A stretch of 39,575 nt of DNA from Candidatus Staskawiczbacteria bacterium (lineage in GTDB: Bacteria > Patescibacteriota > Minisyncoccia > Minisyncoccales > Staskawiczbacteraceae), in assembly GCA_943357015.1 (NCBI GenBank), contig CALRFZ010000002.1:1-39575 (forward strand). Reading direction: 5' to 3'. This document shows positions 1 to 9,947 of the stretch, in pieces. The notes beneath the pieces are model-generated. The model was not told the DNA's origin, made no database searches, and was given only the letters and a program-made list of their open reading frames with translations. The position numbers and the translations under genes were made by a program. Every line of letters begins with the position of its first letter. Position 1 is the stretch's first letter.

Positions 1-117
1 TCATTGTCCCGAGTTTTTCTATTACACGCAAGTGCAATTTCGCAAAAGTGTAAACAACCCTATCTTAATGTACAGCGTTATATTGCTAAATCTATTATTT
101 AAGGTTTAAATGTAGCT

Positions 118-1476
118 ATGAATACAGGAATAAAAAAATATTTAGATAATCTACCCAAAACCACAGGAGTGTATTTGTTTTATGAAAAATCTATAGACGC
201 TAGACCCTATCCCCTAGATCCTATCTACATCGGCAAAGCCATAAACATCAAGGACCGAGTGAAAAATCATTTCTTCCAGCCAAATTATAAAGACAATTTA
301 TATATTCACAGGGTCAGTAAAATTGACTTTATTAATACCAATTCAGAAATTGAGGCTTTAGTACTTGAAGCTCAATTAATTAAAAAACACCAGCCCAAAT
401 TTAATTCTGTCTGGCGCGATGACAAAAATTATTTTTATGTGGTAGTCGCCAATAAAAAATGTCCAATAGTATATATCGGTCACCAAAGAAAAGATCTAAA
501 AGCTTTATACATTGGCCCATTTACTGAAGGAAACGCCCTAAAAAAAACTTTAAAATTTTTGCGTAAGGTCTTTCCTTATTACACCACCAATAAACATTCT
601 GACAAAAAATGTACTTGGTGCCACCTAGACCTTTGCCCCGGACCAAAGCCGGATTTTAACGCATACAAAAAAAATATTAAAAAACTGACCCTAATTTTGC
701 AAGGAAAAAGTAAAACCGCCCTTTACGCTTTAAAAAAAGAAATGGCCTTAGCTTCAAAACAGAATAAATTTGAAGAAGCCTTAAAAATCCGCGATAAAAT
801 TACAGCTTTAGAAAAAATTATGGCGCATACGCAGGTGATTGAAAATCAAAATTCAGAAGTTAAAAGTCAAAAGCTAGCGGAGAAAAAATGGCAAAAAACG
901 GAAAAATTATTGCAAGAAATTTTAGAAATTAAAACGCCGATTTCAAAAATAGAATGTTACGATATTTCTAATATTGGTGGCGCGCTGGCCGTAGGATCAA
1001 TGGCAGTATTTGTAAATGGCGCGCCCAATAAAAGCCAGTACAAAAAATTTCGCATTAAAATGGAAAATAAACCCAATGACACTGCTATGCTAAAGGAAAT
1101 CTTAACCAGAAGATTAATGCACCCAGAATGGGCCTATCCAGAAGTTATGCTCATTGATGGCGGAATTTCACAATTAAATGTGGGAATAAAAAGCAAGAAC
1201 CAAAATTTACCAAAACCAACGGCCGTCGATTTTGGCAAGTACGCTAAAAACATTAAAATAATTTCCATTGCCAAAGGTAAAAAAGAATTAATTATTCAAG
1301 GACCCGCCACGGCTAAATCTATGACGGGAAAAGCAAAAAAAATTCCCTTAAATAAGCTACCACAAGATATTTATAATTTAATTACATACCTAGATGATGA
1401 GGCTCACCGATTTGCCATCAACTACCATAGAAACCTGAGAAAAAAATATCTGTTACCTAAGAATGCGCATTCGTAA
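118..1476 (+). CDS. uvrC: Excinuclease UvrC-like protein (GIY-YIG, Cys cluster, UVR and RNase H-like domains; no C-terminal HhH)
   Basis: GVYLF..YIGKAINIKDRV, EALVLEAQLIK..PKFN, IECYDISN, LIDGG and DEAHRFAINYHR motifs. Confidence 0.9.
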   Translation: MNTGIKKYLDNLPKTTGVYLFYEKSIDARPYPLDPIYIGKAINIKDRVKNHFFQPNYKDNLYIHRVSKIDFINTNSEIEALVLEAQLIKKHQPKFNSVWRDDKNYFYVVVANKKCPIVYIGHQRKDLKALYIGPFTEGNALKKTLKFLRKVFPYYTTNKHSDKKCTWCHLDLCPGPKPDFNAYKKNIKKLTLILQGKSKTALYALKKEMALASKQNKFEEALKIRDKITALEKIMAHTQVIENQNSEVKSQKLAEKKWQKTEKLLQEILEIKTPISKIECYDISNIGGALAVGSMAVFVNGAPNKSQYKKFRIKMENKPNDTAMLKEILTRRLMHPEWAYPEVMLIDGGISQLNVGIKSKNQNLPKPTAVDFGKYAKNIKIISIAKGKKELIIQGPATAKSMTGKAKKIPLNKLPQDIYNLITYLDDEAHRFAINYHRNLRKKYLLPKNAHS

Positions 1477-1525
1477 TTCGCCAAAATTTGTAATTCGTAG
1501 GATTATTTATTTTTTACCCATCACC

Positions 1526-1554
1526 TTGATATTTTTGCCAAACCTTGCTAGTAT
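1526..1554 (+). promoter_or_regulatory. Putative sigma70 promoter TTGATA-17-TAGTAT with extended TG; near-leaderless transcript
   Basis: The -10 ends 7 nt before ATG 1562. Confidence 0.4.
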
Positions 1555-1561
1555 TAAACTG

Positions 1562-1954
1562 ATGAAAAGTCTTCTGTCTTATATAATTAGTGCCGGATTA
1601 GGGCTTTGGCTCTCAACTTTATTTGTGGCTGGAGTTTTTGTTAAAGCCGTGCCTAATTCAAATTTTTTTGGACTGGCCATTAATACCCAGTGGCAACTTT
1701 TTATTTTGCTTGGCATAATACTGGGATTACTTAACTACTTTGCAAAACCAATATTAAGCATTATTACCCTACCTTTGCAAATTATTTCTTTAGGACTTTT
1801 TAGCTTTATAATCAATATGGGGTTAATTTGGATTCTAGATGTTATTTTTCAAGAATTTAGCGCGCCATTACTACTACCTTTAATTTGGACTACTATAATT
1901 GTTTGGACAATTAACATTTTATTAAGCAATTCAGTACTAAAGATTAGGGATTAA
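1562..1954 (+). CDS. Four-TM membrane protein, YvlD / phage holin family 4-like
   Basis: LGLLNYFAKPILSIITLPLQIISLGLFSFIIN signature. Start moved to ATG 1562 because the ORF-track extension overlaps uvrC and a repeat. Confidence 0.75.
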   Translation: MKSLLSYIISAGLGLWLSTLFVAGVFVKAVPNSNFFGLAINTQWQLFILLGIILGLLNYFAKPILSIITLPLQIISLGLFSFIINMGLIWILDVIFQEFSAPLLLPLIWTTIIVWTINILLSNSVLKIRD

Positions 1955-1956
1955 AC

Positions 1957-2069
1957 TTAGAATCTAGAATCTTGTATCTTGAAGCTAGAATGAAATATAA
2001 AATAGAGAATGTGATAAAATTATCAATTCATTTTTATATTCATGCTACCAGATACTAAATTCAAAATTC
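1957..2069. repeat. Heptamer-armed imperfect palindrome (TAGAATC-type)
   Basis: Centre TGATAAAATTATCA, ATGAAATATAAAA/TTTTATATTCAT and GTATCT/AGATAC pairings, 7-nt-period outer arms. Confidence 0.7.
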
Positions 2070-2079
2070 ATTTTTTAAA

Positions 2080-2310
2080 ATGGTATCCATTCAACAAATT
2101 TTATTTTTTACGCAAATTGGAGTGTCAGTAACCTTAATTATTTTAATTGCTATCCAACAGCGTGGCACGGCGCTTGGGTCTGGCTTTGGAGGCGGGGGCG
2201 GAGGCGAATTTTACTCCCAAAGGCGTGGTATACAAAAAAAAATCTACTATGCTACAATTGTCATAGCTGGACTCTTTATTGCTTTAGGTATTGCTAATCT
2301 CCTAGTATAA
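2080..2310 (+). CDS. secG: Preprotein translocase subunit SecG
   Basis: Two TM helices with an IQQRGTALGSGFGG Gly-rich loop. Confidence 0.92.
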   Translation: MVSIQQILFFTQIGVSVTLIILIAIQQRGTALGSGFGGGGGGEFYSQRRGIQKKIYYATIVIAGLFIALGIANLLV

Positions 2311-2312
2311 AA

Positions 2313-2405
2313 TAGTGGCTAGTTGGTAGTGAGTAGTTGGTAGATTTTTCTTGAATTAAAATAGTTTATTCAATTCTACTCACTACAAACTACTCACTAC
2401 AAACT
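2313..2405. repeat. Heptamer-armed palindromic element (TAGTTGG/CAAACTA family)
   Basis: TAGTTGG/TAGTGAG left arm, CTACTCA/CTACAAA right arm; inverted copy at 10488-10581. Confidence 0.85.
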
Positions 2406-2408
2406 TTA

Positions 2409-4412
2409 TTGAAATTTCCTAGTTTTTCTCAATGGAAACAAATTTTTAAAGTACTAAAAAAAAGTGAGAGACTAACTCTTTTAATATTTTTTATACTCGC
2501 GGTTGGATCTTTTATTTTTTTAATTAGCAATTTTTATTTTAATCACACTAAAATTGTGCCAGCGCTAGGAAAAACCTTTACAGAAGGCGTTGTGGGTCAG
2601 CCAAGATTTATCAATCCCATATACGGAGAAACTAACGATACAGATAGGTCTCTGATTGAACTGATATTTTCTGGCTTAATGACTTACGATAAACAGGGTA
2701 ATATCGTCAATGATCTAGCAGATCAATACACAATTTCCAAAGATGGAAAAACTTACACTTTTACCCTTAAAAATAATATTTTTTGGCACGACTCAAAACC
2801 ACTAACCTCCGATGATGTGATTTTTACCATCAAAACCATACAAAATTCCGACTACAAAAGCCCCTTGCGCGCCAATTGGATAGACGTAACAACAGAAAAA
2901 CTATCAGACAAATCATTTTCTTTAACCCTAAAACAGCCATATAATTCGTTTTTGGAAAACTGCACCTTAAAAATCATTCCCAAACATATTTGGGAAAATA
3001 TTTCCCCAGAGAATTTCATTCTTTCACTCTACAATTTACAACCAATTGGATCAGGGCCGTTTACATTTGATAGTCTTAACCAAACCAAAACAGGCTACAT
3101 AGAAAGTTTGCAATTAAAATCAAATCGCAGGTACTATAATACTACTTCATTCATTGCCAATTTAGATTTTAAATTTTTTGAAAATTCTAATGATTTATTA
3201 AATTTGGCAAAATCACGCCAAATCAATGGTTTTAGTGTTGCTAATTCAGACCAAAATATCAAAGAATTAGAAGCGCAACTTGGTCAAGGTTGGCTAAGCG
3301 GTCAAAAATTTAACCGCTACTCACTTTTATTGCCAAGATATTTTGCCGTATTTTTAAATAACCAAAAATCAAGTATTTTTTCAGATAGCAACATCAGAAA
3401 GGCTTTACTTTATGCCGTCAACAAAGAAGAGCTAAACCAAGATATTAATCTTAAAACTGGCATTGAATCTAGTATAGTTAATTCACCAATTCTGCCAGAT
3501 TTTTACGGGTATCAGGCGCCCCAAAACACTTATTTATTTGATAAAGATAAAGCTAATGCCCTGTTAGATAAAACTGGATTTAAACTTAACGAAAATGGCC
3601 AAAGAGAAAAAACTACCACCAAAAATCCCGCCTTTCAGTTTAAAAGTTACCTAAAAACTGGATCAAAAGGAACTGAAGTAACTCAACTTCAAAACTGCTT
3701 ATTGGGCTTACCAAAAAATAATAAAGATTATTCCAGTGTGATGCAAGGTTATGTTAGTGGTACATATGGATTAAGCACTGAAAACGCTGTGACAGAATTT
3801 CAAAAAGAATATTTGCCAGCATTAAAGCCAACCGGAGAGACAGGCGCATCAACTCGTAAAAAATTTAACGAACTTTGCGCAACCCCAATAAAAAGCGTCC
3901 AAAATTTAACCTTTACCCTAACAACAATCAATCAGCCACAGCTATTAGAAGTAGCCAACGCCCTAAAAAACTACTGGCAAACAGTTGGAATTACAGTCCA
4001 AATAAACGCAACAAGCATTACCGATTTAAAACCAATTATCAAAAACAGAAGTTATGACGCTTTGCTTTACGGGGAAACCTTAGGTATGGAACCCGACCTT
4101 TACCCATTTTGGTATTCATCGCAAAAACAAGACCCAGGACTTAACCTTTCAGCTTACGAAAATAAAGAAGTAGATAAATTGCTAAAAAATTCCCGACAAA
4201 GTCTAAATCAAAATCAAAAACAATTAGATTTAGAAAAACTGCAAAATCTAATTACCGCCGATGCGCCCGCCCTCTTTTTATATAATCCAAATTTTACTTA
4301 TTTTGTTACCCAAAATGTGCAAGGCATAACTAACGGAAAAATTGCAGATCCGGCCAAGCGATTTATTGATATTACCCAGTGGTTTATACAAACCAAAAGA
4401 GCGTGGAAATAA
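2409..4412 (+). CDS. Membrane-anchored family-5 (OppA/DppA-like) solute-binding protein with an inserted peptidoglycan-binding domain
   Basis: EGVVGQP..NP, IFSGL, DGKTYTFTLK..WHD..PLTSDDVIFT and PIGSGPF motifs; TTG start. Confidence 0.88.
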   Translation: MKFPSFSQWKQIFKVLKKSERLTLLIFFILAVGSFIFLISNFYFNHTKIVPALGKTFTEGVVGQPRFINPIYGETNDTDRSLIELIFSGLMTYDKQGNIVNDLADQYTISKDGKTYTFTLKNNIFWHDSKPLTSDDVIFTIKTIQNSDYKSPLRANWIDVTTEKLSDKSFSLTLKQPYNSFLENCTLKIIPKHIWENISPENFILSLYNLQPIGSGPFTFDSLNQTKTGYIESLQLKSNRRYYNTTSFIANLDFKFFENSNDLLNLAKSRQINGFSVANSDQNIKELEAQLGQGWLSGQKFNRYSLLLPRYFAVFLNNQKSSIFSDSNIRKALLYAVNKEELNQDINLKTGIESSIVNSPILPDFYGYQAPQNTYLFDKDKANALLDKTGFKLNENGQREKTTTKNPAFQFKSYLKTGSKGTEVTQLQNCLLGLPKNNKDYSSVMQGYVSGTYGLSTENAVTEFQKEYLPALKPTGETGASTRKKFNELCATPIKSVQNLTFTLTTINQPQLLEVANALKNYWQTVGITVQINATSITDLKPIIKNRSYDALLYGETLGMEPDLYPFWYSSQKQDPGLNLSAYENKEVDKLLKNSRQSLNQNQKQLDLEKLQNLITADAPALFLYNPNFTYFVTQNVQGITNGKIADPAKRFIDITQWFIQTKRAWK

Positions 4413-4420
4413 TTTACAGA

Positions 4421-4540
4421 AATTCCTAATTACCAATACCCAATTTCCAATCAAATCTTAATTACCAAATTTCTAAAAAGTTTCAAGTCATTATTTTTAG
4501 AAGTTGATTGATTATTGAGCCTTGAGTATTGGGATTTAAA
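4421..4540. repeat. Degenerate heptamer palindrome (CAATTAC/CAATTTC family)
   Basis: TAATTAC CAATACC CAATTTC CAAT left arm and GTATTGGG right arm; related to 11134-11240. Confidence 0.6.
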
Positions 4541-4542
4541 AT

Positions 4543-5133
4543 ATGTCTATTGATTTATCAAAACTTAACCCTGATACAAGATACTTAAATGATATGCGTA
4601 GCGTTTTACGCGACCAAGAATGGGCAAAATCTGCGTCAAATATGGCATTATATTTTATGTACCGAGGCATAGAAGAATTAAACCAAATACGCTATGATAT
4701 TACAGTGGTTCCCGCTAATATGCTTGGCCAAGAATATGTCAAAACTAAGGGACATTACCACATAGGCAAATACGGCGAAGTTTATACAGTATTAGAGGGG
4801 CAAGCAATCTACTTAATGCAAAAAAAATTTAACGATGACAATATAGCCGATGTTTATGCTGTGCAGGCAAAAAAAGGCGATGTAGTAGTTATTCCTTCAG
4901 ACTATGGACACATAACAATTAACCCATCAAAAGAAGAATTAAAAATGGCTAACTGGGTAGCGTCAGACTGCAAAAGCGATTACTCTCTTTTTGAAAAACT
5001 ACAAGGAGCCTGCTACCATTACACGCTAGAAGGCTGGCAAAAAAACGAAAATTATAAAAATGTCCCACCCCTAAGATTTGAAGAACCACTCAAAGAAGTG
5101 CCAAGCAATTTAGATTTTCTAAAGGTTAAATAG
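4543..5133 (+). CDS. Cupin-type (archaeal-type) glucose-6-phosphate isomerase
   Basis: RYDITV, KTKGHYH..E.Y and GHITIN metal-binding cupin motifs. Confidence 0.88.
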   Translation: MSIDLSKLNPDTRYLNDMRSVLRDQEWAKSASNMALYFMYRGIEELNQIRYDITVVPANMLGQEYVKTKGHYHIGKYGEVYTVLEGQAIYLMQKKFNDDNIADVYAVQAKKGDVVVIPSDYGHITINPSKEELKMANWVASDCKSDYSLFEKLQGACYHYTLEGWQKNENYKNVPPLRFEEPLKEVPSNLDFLKVK

Positions 5134-5138
5134 AAATG

Positions 5139-5220
5139 GCCCGAGTGGCGAAATTGGCAACCGCACGCGCTTCAGGTGCGCGCGCCGAAAGGCTTGAGGG
5201 TTCGAGTCCCTCCTCGGGCA
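5139..5220 (+). tRNA. tRNA-Leu, anticodon CAG; CCA not encoded
   Basis: Acceptor stem GCCCGAG/CTCGGGC + A, anticodon arm CGCGC-TTCAGGT-GCGCG, long variable arm GCCGAAAGGC, T-arm GAGGG-TTCGAGT-CCCTC. Confidence 0.96.
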
Positions 5221-5250
5221 CACAACTAAATTAACAAAAGCGATCTGTAG

Positions 5251-5361
5251 CAATTTTATAATTTTTAATTTTATAATTTTTAAATAATTTCTTAATTTCG
5301 TAATGTTTTAAACATTAAAAATTTAAGCTTTTATTTATAAAATTATAAAAATTTAAAAATT
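5251..5361. repeat. AT-only periodic imperfect palindrome
   Basis: AATTTTATAATTTTTAATTTTATAA left arm versus TTATAAAATTATAAAAATTTAAAAATT right arm. Confidence 0.6.
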
Positions 5362-5439
5362 CACCATTATTCATTAAAATATATAAAAAAATTAACATTA
5401 ATCCCTACGCGACTCGCGTAGCGGGAAAAACAAAAAATT

Positions 5440-7350
5440 ATGGAAGAAAAACAAATAATCAAACCACTTCAGTCTAATCAAAGCAACCCTCCAAATATAA
5501 TTGGAGCTAGTCCTTTGAATTTAAATCAAAATAAAAGTTTTAATAGAGGTCATAGCCGAAAAACAAATCGTTCTAAAAATTCACGGCCGAGACCACGAGC
5601 TACTATTGGTAGTCAACAAGTCAATGAAACAAAAATTGAATTAACTCCTTCAAAGCCCAATACTTTACGAATCATCCCCCTTGGCGGTTGCGAAGAAGTG
5701 GGTCGCAATATGACCGTTTTTGAATATAATCAAGATATTGTGCTTTTAGATATGGGTTTGCAATTTCCTGAAGAAGATATGCCCGGAATTGACTATGTTA
5801 TTCCTAATACAGATTATTTAAAAGGCAAAGAACAAAATATTAAAGCTGTCATTTTTAGTCACGGACATTTAGACCATATTGGAGCGGCGCCAATTTTATT
5901 GGCAAAACTAGGTTATCCGCCAGTACTTGGCCGACCTTTAACTATGGAAATGATTAAGCACCGAATGGAAGACTTTGAAAAAGGCAGTTCCAAAAGACTA
6001 AAAACTACCTATATTCAATCTCTAGATGAAAAACATACATTGGGAAATTTCAATTTGTCGTTTTTTCAAATTGACCACGCCATTATGGACGCTGTGGGAG
6101 TAATTTTAGAAACTCCTGTTGGCACTGTTGTGCATCCGGGTGATTGGACAATTGAAAAAGATCCGATTGGTCGAGATATTTTGCACTATCATCAATTGGC
6201 AAATTTAAAAAGGCCAACGATTTTAATGTTAGAAGCCTTGGGAGCTGTCAACACCAAAACTCCTGTTACCGAACAAGAAATGATGACTAATATCACCAAA
6301 ATAGTTGGTGGGGCGCCTGGTAGGACAATTATTGCCACGTTTTCTAGTCAAATTGAAAGAATAAAACAAATTTTAGAATTTGCTCACCATACCGGCAAAA
6401 AAGTGGCGCTGGACGGTTTTTCTATGAAAATGAATATTGAGCTTGCCACCCAACTTGGCTATATTAAAATTCCAAACGGCGTAATTATTACCATTGATAA
6501 AATTGCCGAATACCCCGACAACAAAGTTATTGTTATTTGTACAGGCGCGCAAGGCGAAGAAATGGCCGCGCTTCCCCGCATTATTGCCGGCAACCACAAA
6601 TACATTACCATTAAAAAAGAAGATACAATTATTTTTTCTTCTTCAGTAATTCCCGGTAATGAAAGAACGGTTCAGCGTGTTAAAGACAATATTTATCGCC
6701 TGTCAGATAATGTTTATCACAACGATATTATTAGCGTGCACGCATCTGGGCACACTAATATTGATGGTATTAAACAAATGCTTGACGAAGTAAAACCCGA
6801 TTACTTTATTCCGGTTTATGGCAATCACTTTATGTTAAAAGAATGCGCGCGCATTGCCTATGGAATAGGTATACCAAAACACAAAGTTGTGGTGCCAGAT
6901 AACGGGTCAATTATTGTTTTTGATAATCACCCTTCGACAGGCTCAGGGCAAGAAAAAGTAGAAGTTTTGAAAGAAAAAGTCCCAACAAATTACGTGTTTG
7001 TAGACGGACTTGGCGTGGGCGATATTGGGGAAATTGTGCTTCGTGACCGACAAATGTTGGCGCAAGACGGAATGTTTGTTATTGTTACTATCATTGATAA
7101 GGCAACTGGAAAAGTTAAGGGTTCGCCAGATATTATTTCCAGAGGATTTGTGTACCTTAGAGAATCTAAAGAATTACTAAAACAAACTCGCAAAAAAGTG
7201 GTAGAAATTGCCGAAAGATCTGGTGGGCACGGATCAACTACTCCAGATTGGAATTATGTCAAAGACGAATTGCGCAACAAAATTGGAGACTTTTTGTTTG
7301 CCAAAACCGAAAGAAGGCCAATGATTTTACCAGTGGTAATTGAAGTGTAA
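5440..7350 (+). CDS. rnj: Ribonuclease J with an approximately 70-aa basic N-terminal extension
   Basis: IIPLGG.EEVGRN, SHGHLDHIG, HASGH and RRPMILPVVIEV motifs. Confidence 0.96.
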   Translation: MEEKQIIKPLQSNQSNPPNIIGASPLNLNQNKSFNRGHSRKTNRSKNSRPRPRATIGSQQVNETKIELTPSKPNTLRIIPLGGCEEVGRNMTVFEYNQDIVLLDMGLQFPEEDMPGIDYVIPNTDYLKGKEQNIKAVIFSHGHLDHIGAAPILLAKLGYPPVLGRPLTMEMIKHRMEDFEKGSSKRLKTTYIQSLDEKHTLGNFNLSFFQIDHAIMDAVGVILETPVGTVVHPGDWTIEKDPIGRDILHYHQLANLKRPTILMLEALGAVNTKTPVTEQEMMTNITKIVGGAPGRTIIATFSSQIERIKQILEFAHHTGKKVALDGFSMKMNIELATQLGYIKIPNGVIITIDKIAEYPDNKVIVICTGAQGEEMAALPRIIAGNHKYITIKKEDTIIFSSSVIPGNERTVQRVKDNIYRLSDNVYHNDIISVHASGHTNIDGIKQMLDEVKPDYFIPVYGNHFMLKECARIAYGIGIPKHKVVVPDNGSIIVFDNHPSTGSGQEKVEVLKEKVPTNYVFVDGLGVGDIGEIVLRDRQMLAQDGMFVIVTIIDKATGKVKGSPDIISRGFVYLRESKELLKQTRKKVVEIAERSGGHGSTTPDWNYVKDELRNKIGDFLFAKTERRPMILPVVIEV

Positions 7351-7497
7351 ATAAATTTGAAATTTGAAATTTACAATTTGAAATCAATTTACAATAATTA
7401 AATTTGAAACTGTAAACATTAGTATTATTTTTTCAAATTTTAATATTTAAATAATTCAAATTGATTTCAAATTTCAAATTGTAAATTTCAAATTTAT
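7351..7497. repeat. Heptamer-armed palindromic element (AAATTTG family), copy 1
   Basis: About 37-nt inverted arms fill the whole rnj-trpS spacer; second copy at 13044-13182. Confidence 0.9.
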
Positions 7498-8473
7498 GAG
7501 AATCGTATCTGGAATACAGCCAACTTCACAGCTTCATATCGGCAACTATTTGGGAGCCATAAAACAGTGGATACCACTGCAAGAAAATAACGAATGCGTT
7601 TTTTTCATTGCTGACTTGCACGCCATTACAACTCCCTACGATCCAAAAAACCTGCAAAACGCCATCAAAGAAACCGTAATTGCCTATATTTCAGCTGGTC
7701 TAAACCCAGAAAAGGCAATTATTTTTGTCCAATCGCAAATTAAAGAACATACAGAACTTGGCTGGCTCTTAAATACCATCTGTCCCATTGGCGAATTGGA
7801 ACGAATGACCCAATACAAAGATAAATCTAAAAAGTTTAAAGCCAATATCAACGCGGGGCTTTTAGATTATCCGGTCCTGCAAACCGCTGATGTACTTTTA
7901 TACAAAGGCCAAGCCGTACCAGTTGGTAAAGATCAAGAACAACACATTGAATTAATGCGAACTTTATCACGCAAATTCAATCAAAAATTTGGACAGACAT
8001 TTAGTGAACCCGCTTCAATGATTTTAAAAGAAGGGTCAAAAATTATGAGTCTGACCGACCCTAAAAAGAAAATGTCAAAATCCGATGACCCAAAAAGTTG
8101 CATTTTTTTATTTGATGAGCCAGAGGTCATTACCAAAAAAATCTTGTCGGCGCAAACCGATTCAGGTAAGGATGTAATTTACAATGTCACTAAAAAACCG
8201 GGAATTTCAAATCTTTTAACTATTTACAGTCTTTTAACTGGCAAAACCACTCAGCAACTGGAAGATGAATTTAGAGACAAAGGTTATGGCGACTTTAAAA
8301 AATCACTGGCTTTAGTGGTGGTAAATTACCTAGAACCATTCAGGCGTAAACAAAAAGAACTAGCCACAAGAGAAGTTTACATTCAAGAAATCTTAAAACA
8401 GGGCCATTCCCGCGCTCTAACAATTGCTCAAGAAACCATCAAAGAAGTAAAAGAAAAAATGGGATTGGTTTAG
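7496..8473 (+). CDS. trpS: Tryptophan--tRNA ligase
   Basis: SGIQPT..LHIGNYLG, VPVGKDQ and KMSKS motifs. Confidence 0.97.
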   Translation: MRIVSGIQPTSQLHIGNYLGAIKQWIPLQENNECVFFIADLHAITTPYDPKNLQNAIKETVIAYISAGLNPEKAIIFVQSQIKEHTELGWLLNTICPIGELERMTQYKDKSKKFKANINAGLLDYPVLQTADVLLYKGQAVPVGKDQEQHIELMRTLSRKFNQKFGQTFSEPASMILKEGSKIMSLTDPKKKMSKSDDPKSCIFLFDEPEVITKKILSAQTDSGKDVIYNVTKKPGISNLLTIYSLLTGKTTQQLEDEFRDKGYGDFKKSLALVVVNYLEPFRRKQKELATREVYIQEILKQGHSRALTIAQETIKEVKEKMGLV

Positions 8474-8477
8474 ATTT

Positions 8478-8511
8478 TAGTGGGTAGTTGGTAGTGAGTA
8501 GTTGGTAGATT
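8478..8511. repeat. Solo arm of the TAGTTGG family
   Basis: 33/34 identical to 2313-2346. Confidence 0.8.
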
Positions 8512-8547
8512 AAAAAACAGCCTATTTATTAAAATGGCTGTTTTTTA
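8512..8547. terminator. Bidirectional intrinsic terminator between trpS and manB
   Basis: AAAAAACAGCC..GGCTGTTTTTT inverted repeat. Confidence 0.8.
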
Positions 8548-8557
8548 GTCATACCAA

Positions 8558-9880
8558 TTATACACCAATAAACTCACTTAATTCTTTTTGTTTTTCATTT
8601 AGCAAATCCTGTGTCTTAGCCTCAATAGTTAGCTTTATCACCGGTTCGGTATTAGATGGTCTTAAATTAAACCACCAATCTTGATATTCCACCGTCACGC
8701 CATCTAAATAATCTTGCTTGCCATCAATATATTTTTGCTTTATTTTTTCCAAAACTACATTTGAATCATCTGTTTTAAAAGTAAGTTGCAATGGTTTAGC
8801 ATAAATTGTTAGACCTTTAACAATTTCTGAAACTGGCTTTTTTTCTTCTGAAATAATTTGCAGTAATGTTAAAAACGCAATCATACCAGAGTCGCAATAA
8901 AAATAATCGGCAAAACAATAATGCGCGGATAATTCCCCGCCCATAATACCGCCATTTTTTATCAGGCCTTCTCGCACATTAACAAAGCCAACCTGTGTGC
9001 GAATTGGCACACCGCCCCACTTTTTAATAAATTCTGGCACAGACCGTGAGCAAATTAAATTATAAGCAATTCCTTTGCCCGTATTTTTAACCAGAAAATA
9101 TTTGGCCAAAAGCAATAAAACAATATCCGCAGAAACCATTTGACCATTTTCATCCACCAAAAAAATCCTATCGGCGTCGGCGTCAAACATAAAACCAAAA
9201 TCAGCTTTTTCTTTTTTGATTATATTAGTAATTTGATCTGATGAACCCTCTTCTAAAGGATTTGGCGAATGATTAGGAAAATTCCCATCGGGCTGAAAAT
9301 TTAATGGAATAATTTCGCAGGGCAAATGTTTTTTTACCATTTCAATCACGCTTCCCATAACACCATTTGACGCATCCACCGCAATTTTAAAAGGTTTTAT
9401 GTTTCCAGAAAATTTAAGAATGTGTTTTATATAATCAGGCCAAATATCTAAATTTTCTATTTTTAAATTATCAGTTTTAATCTCATTTTCAACTACCAAT
9501 GATAATAAATCTTTTCCCCTTATCCAAACAATATCATTACCATTTTTAACCATCATTTTAAAACCATTATAATCCTTGGGATTGTGGCTGGCGGTAATCA
9601 TAATTCCAGCATCAAAATCATAACTGCCAACGGCAAAATATAGGCCCTCGGTTGGCGTTTGTCCGATACTGGTAACTTTTACTCCCTGCGCCAACAAACC
9701 CCGCGTTAAAGCTAAAAACAACGCTGGCGACGATAAGCGAGCATCATATCCAACAACCACATTTTTACACCCAGTTAATTTAACAAAGGCCTGACCCACA
9801 GCAAAAGCCGACCGATCATCAAGTTCGTCAGGATAAATTCCTCTCACATCATAAGATTTAAATATATTCTTATTTATCAT
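8558..9880 (-). CDS. manB: Phosphomannomutase / phosphoglucomutase
   Basis: YDVRG, TASHNP, FDADADR, GELSAH and RPSNTEP motifs. Confidence 0.93.
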   Translation of the reverse strand: MINKNIFKSYDVRGIYPDELDDRSAFAVGQAFVKLTGCKNVVVGYDARLSSPALFLALTRGLLAQGVKVTSIGQTPTEGLYFAVGSYDFDAGIMITASHNPKDYNGFKMMVKNGNDIVWIRGKDLLSLVVENEIKTDNLKIENLDIWPDYIKHILKFSGNIKPFKIAVDASNGVMGSVIEMVKKHLPCEIIPLNFQPDGNFPNHSPNPLEEGSSDQITNIIKKEKADFGFMFDADADRIFLVDENGQMVSADIVLLLLAKYFLVKNTGKGIAYNLICSRSVPEFIKKWGGVPIRTQVGFVNVREGLIKNGGIMGGELSAHYCFADYFYCDSGMIAFLTLLQIISEEKKPVSEIVKGLTIYAKPLQLTFKTDDSNVVLEKIKQKYIDGKQDYLDGVTVEYQDWWFNLRPSNTEPVIKLTIEAKTQDLLNEKQKELSEFIGV

Positions 9881-9919
9881 AATTAATCATTATACTATAT
9901 GTATTATAAAGAAAAAGCC

Positions 9920-9947
9920 TTGATTTTTAAAATATATTTGCTATAAT
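9920..9947 (+). promoter_or_regulatory. Promoter of rpsF-ssb-rpsR, TTGATT-16-TATAAT with extended TG
   Basis: TGCTATAAT at 9939-9947. Confidence 0.65.

Noticed and set aside
1562..1954. Prophage suggested by the holin-family gene
   Set aside because: This family is common as a chromosomal membrane protein; no endolysin, integrase or structural genes are nearby.
5139..5440. Integrative element at tRNA-Leu
   Set aside because: No integrase and no duplicated tRNA 3' end were seen in the window.
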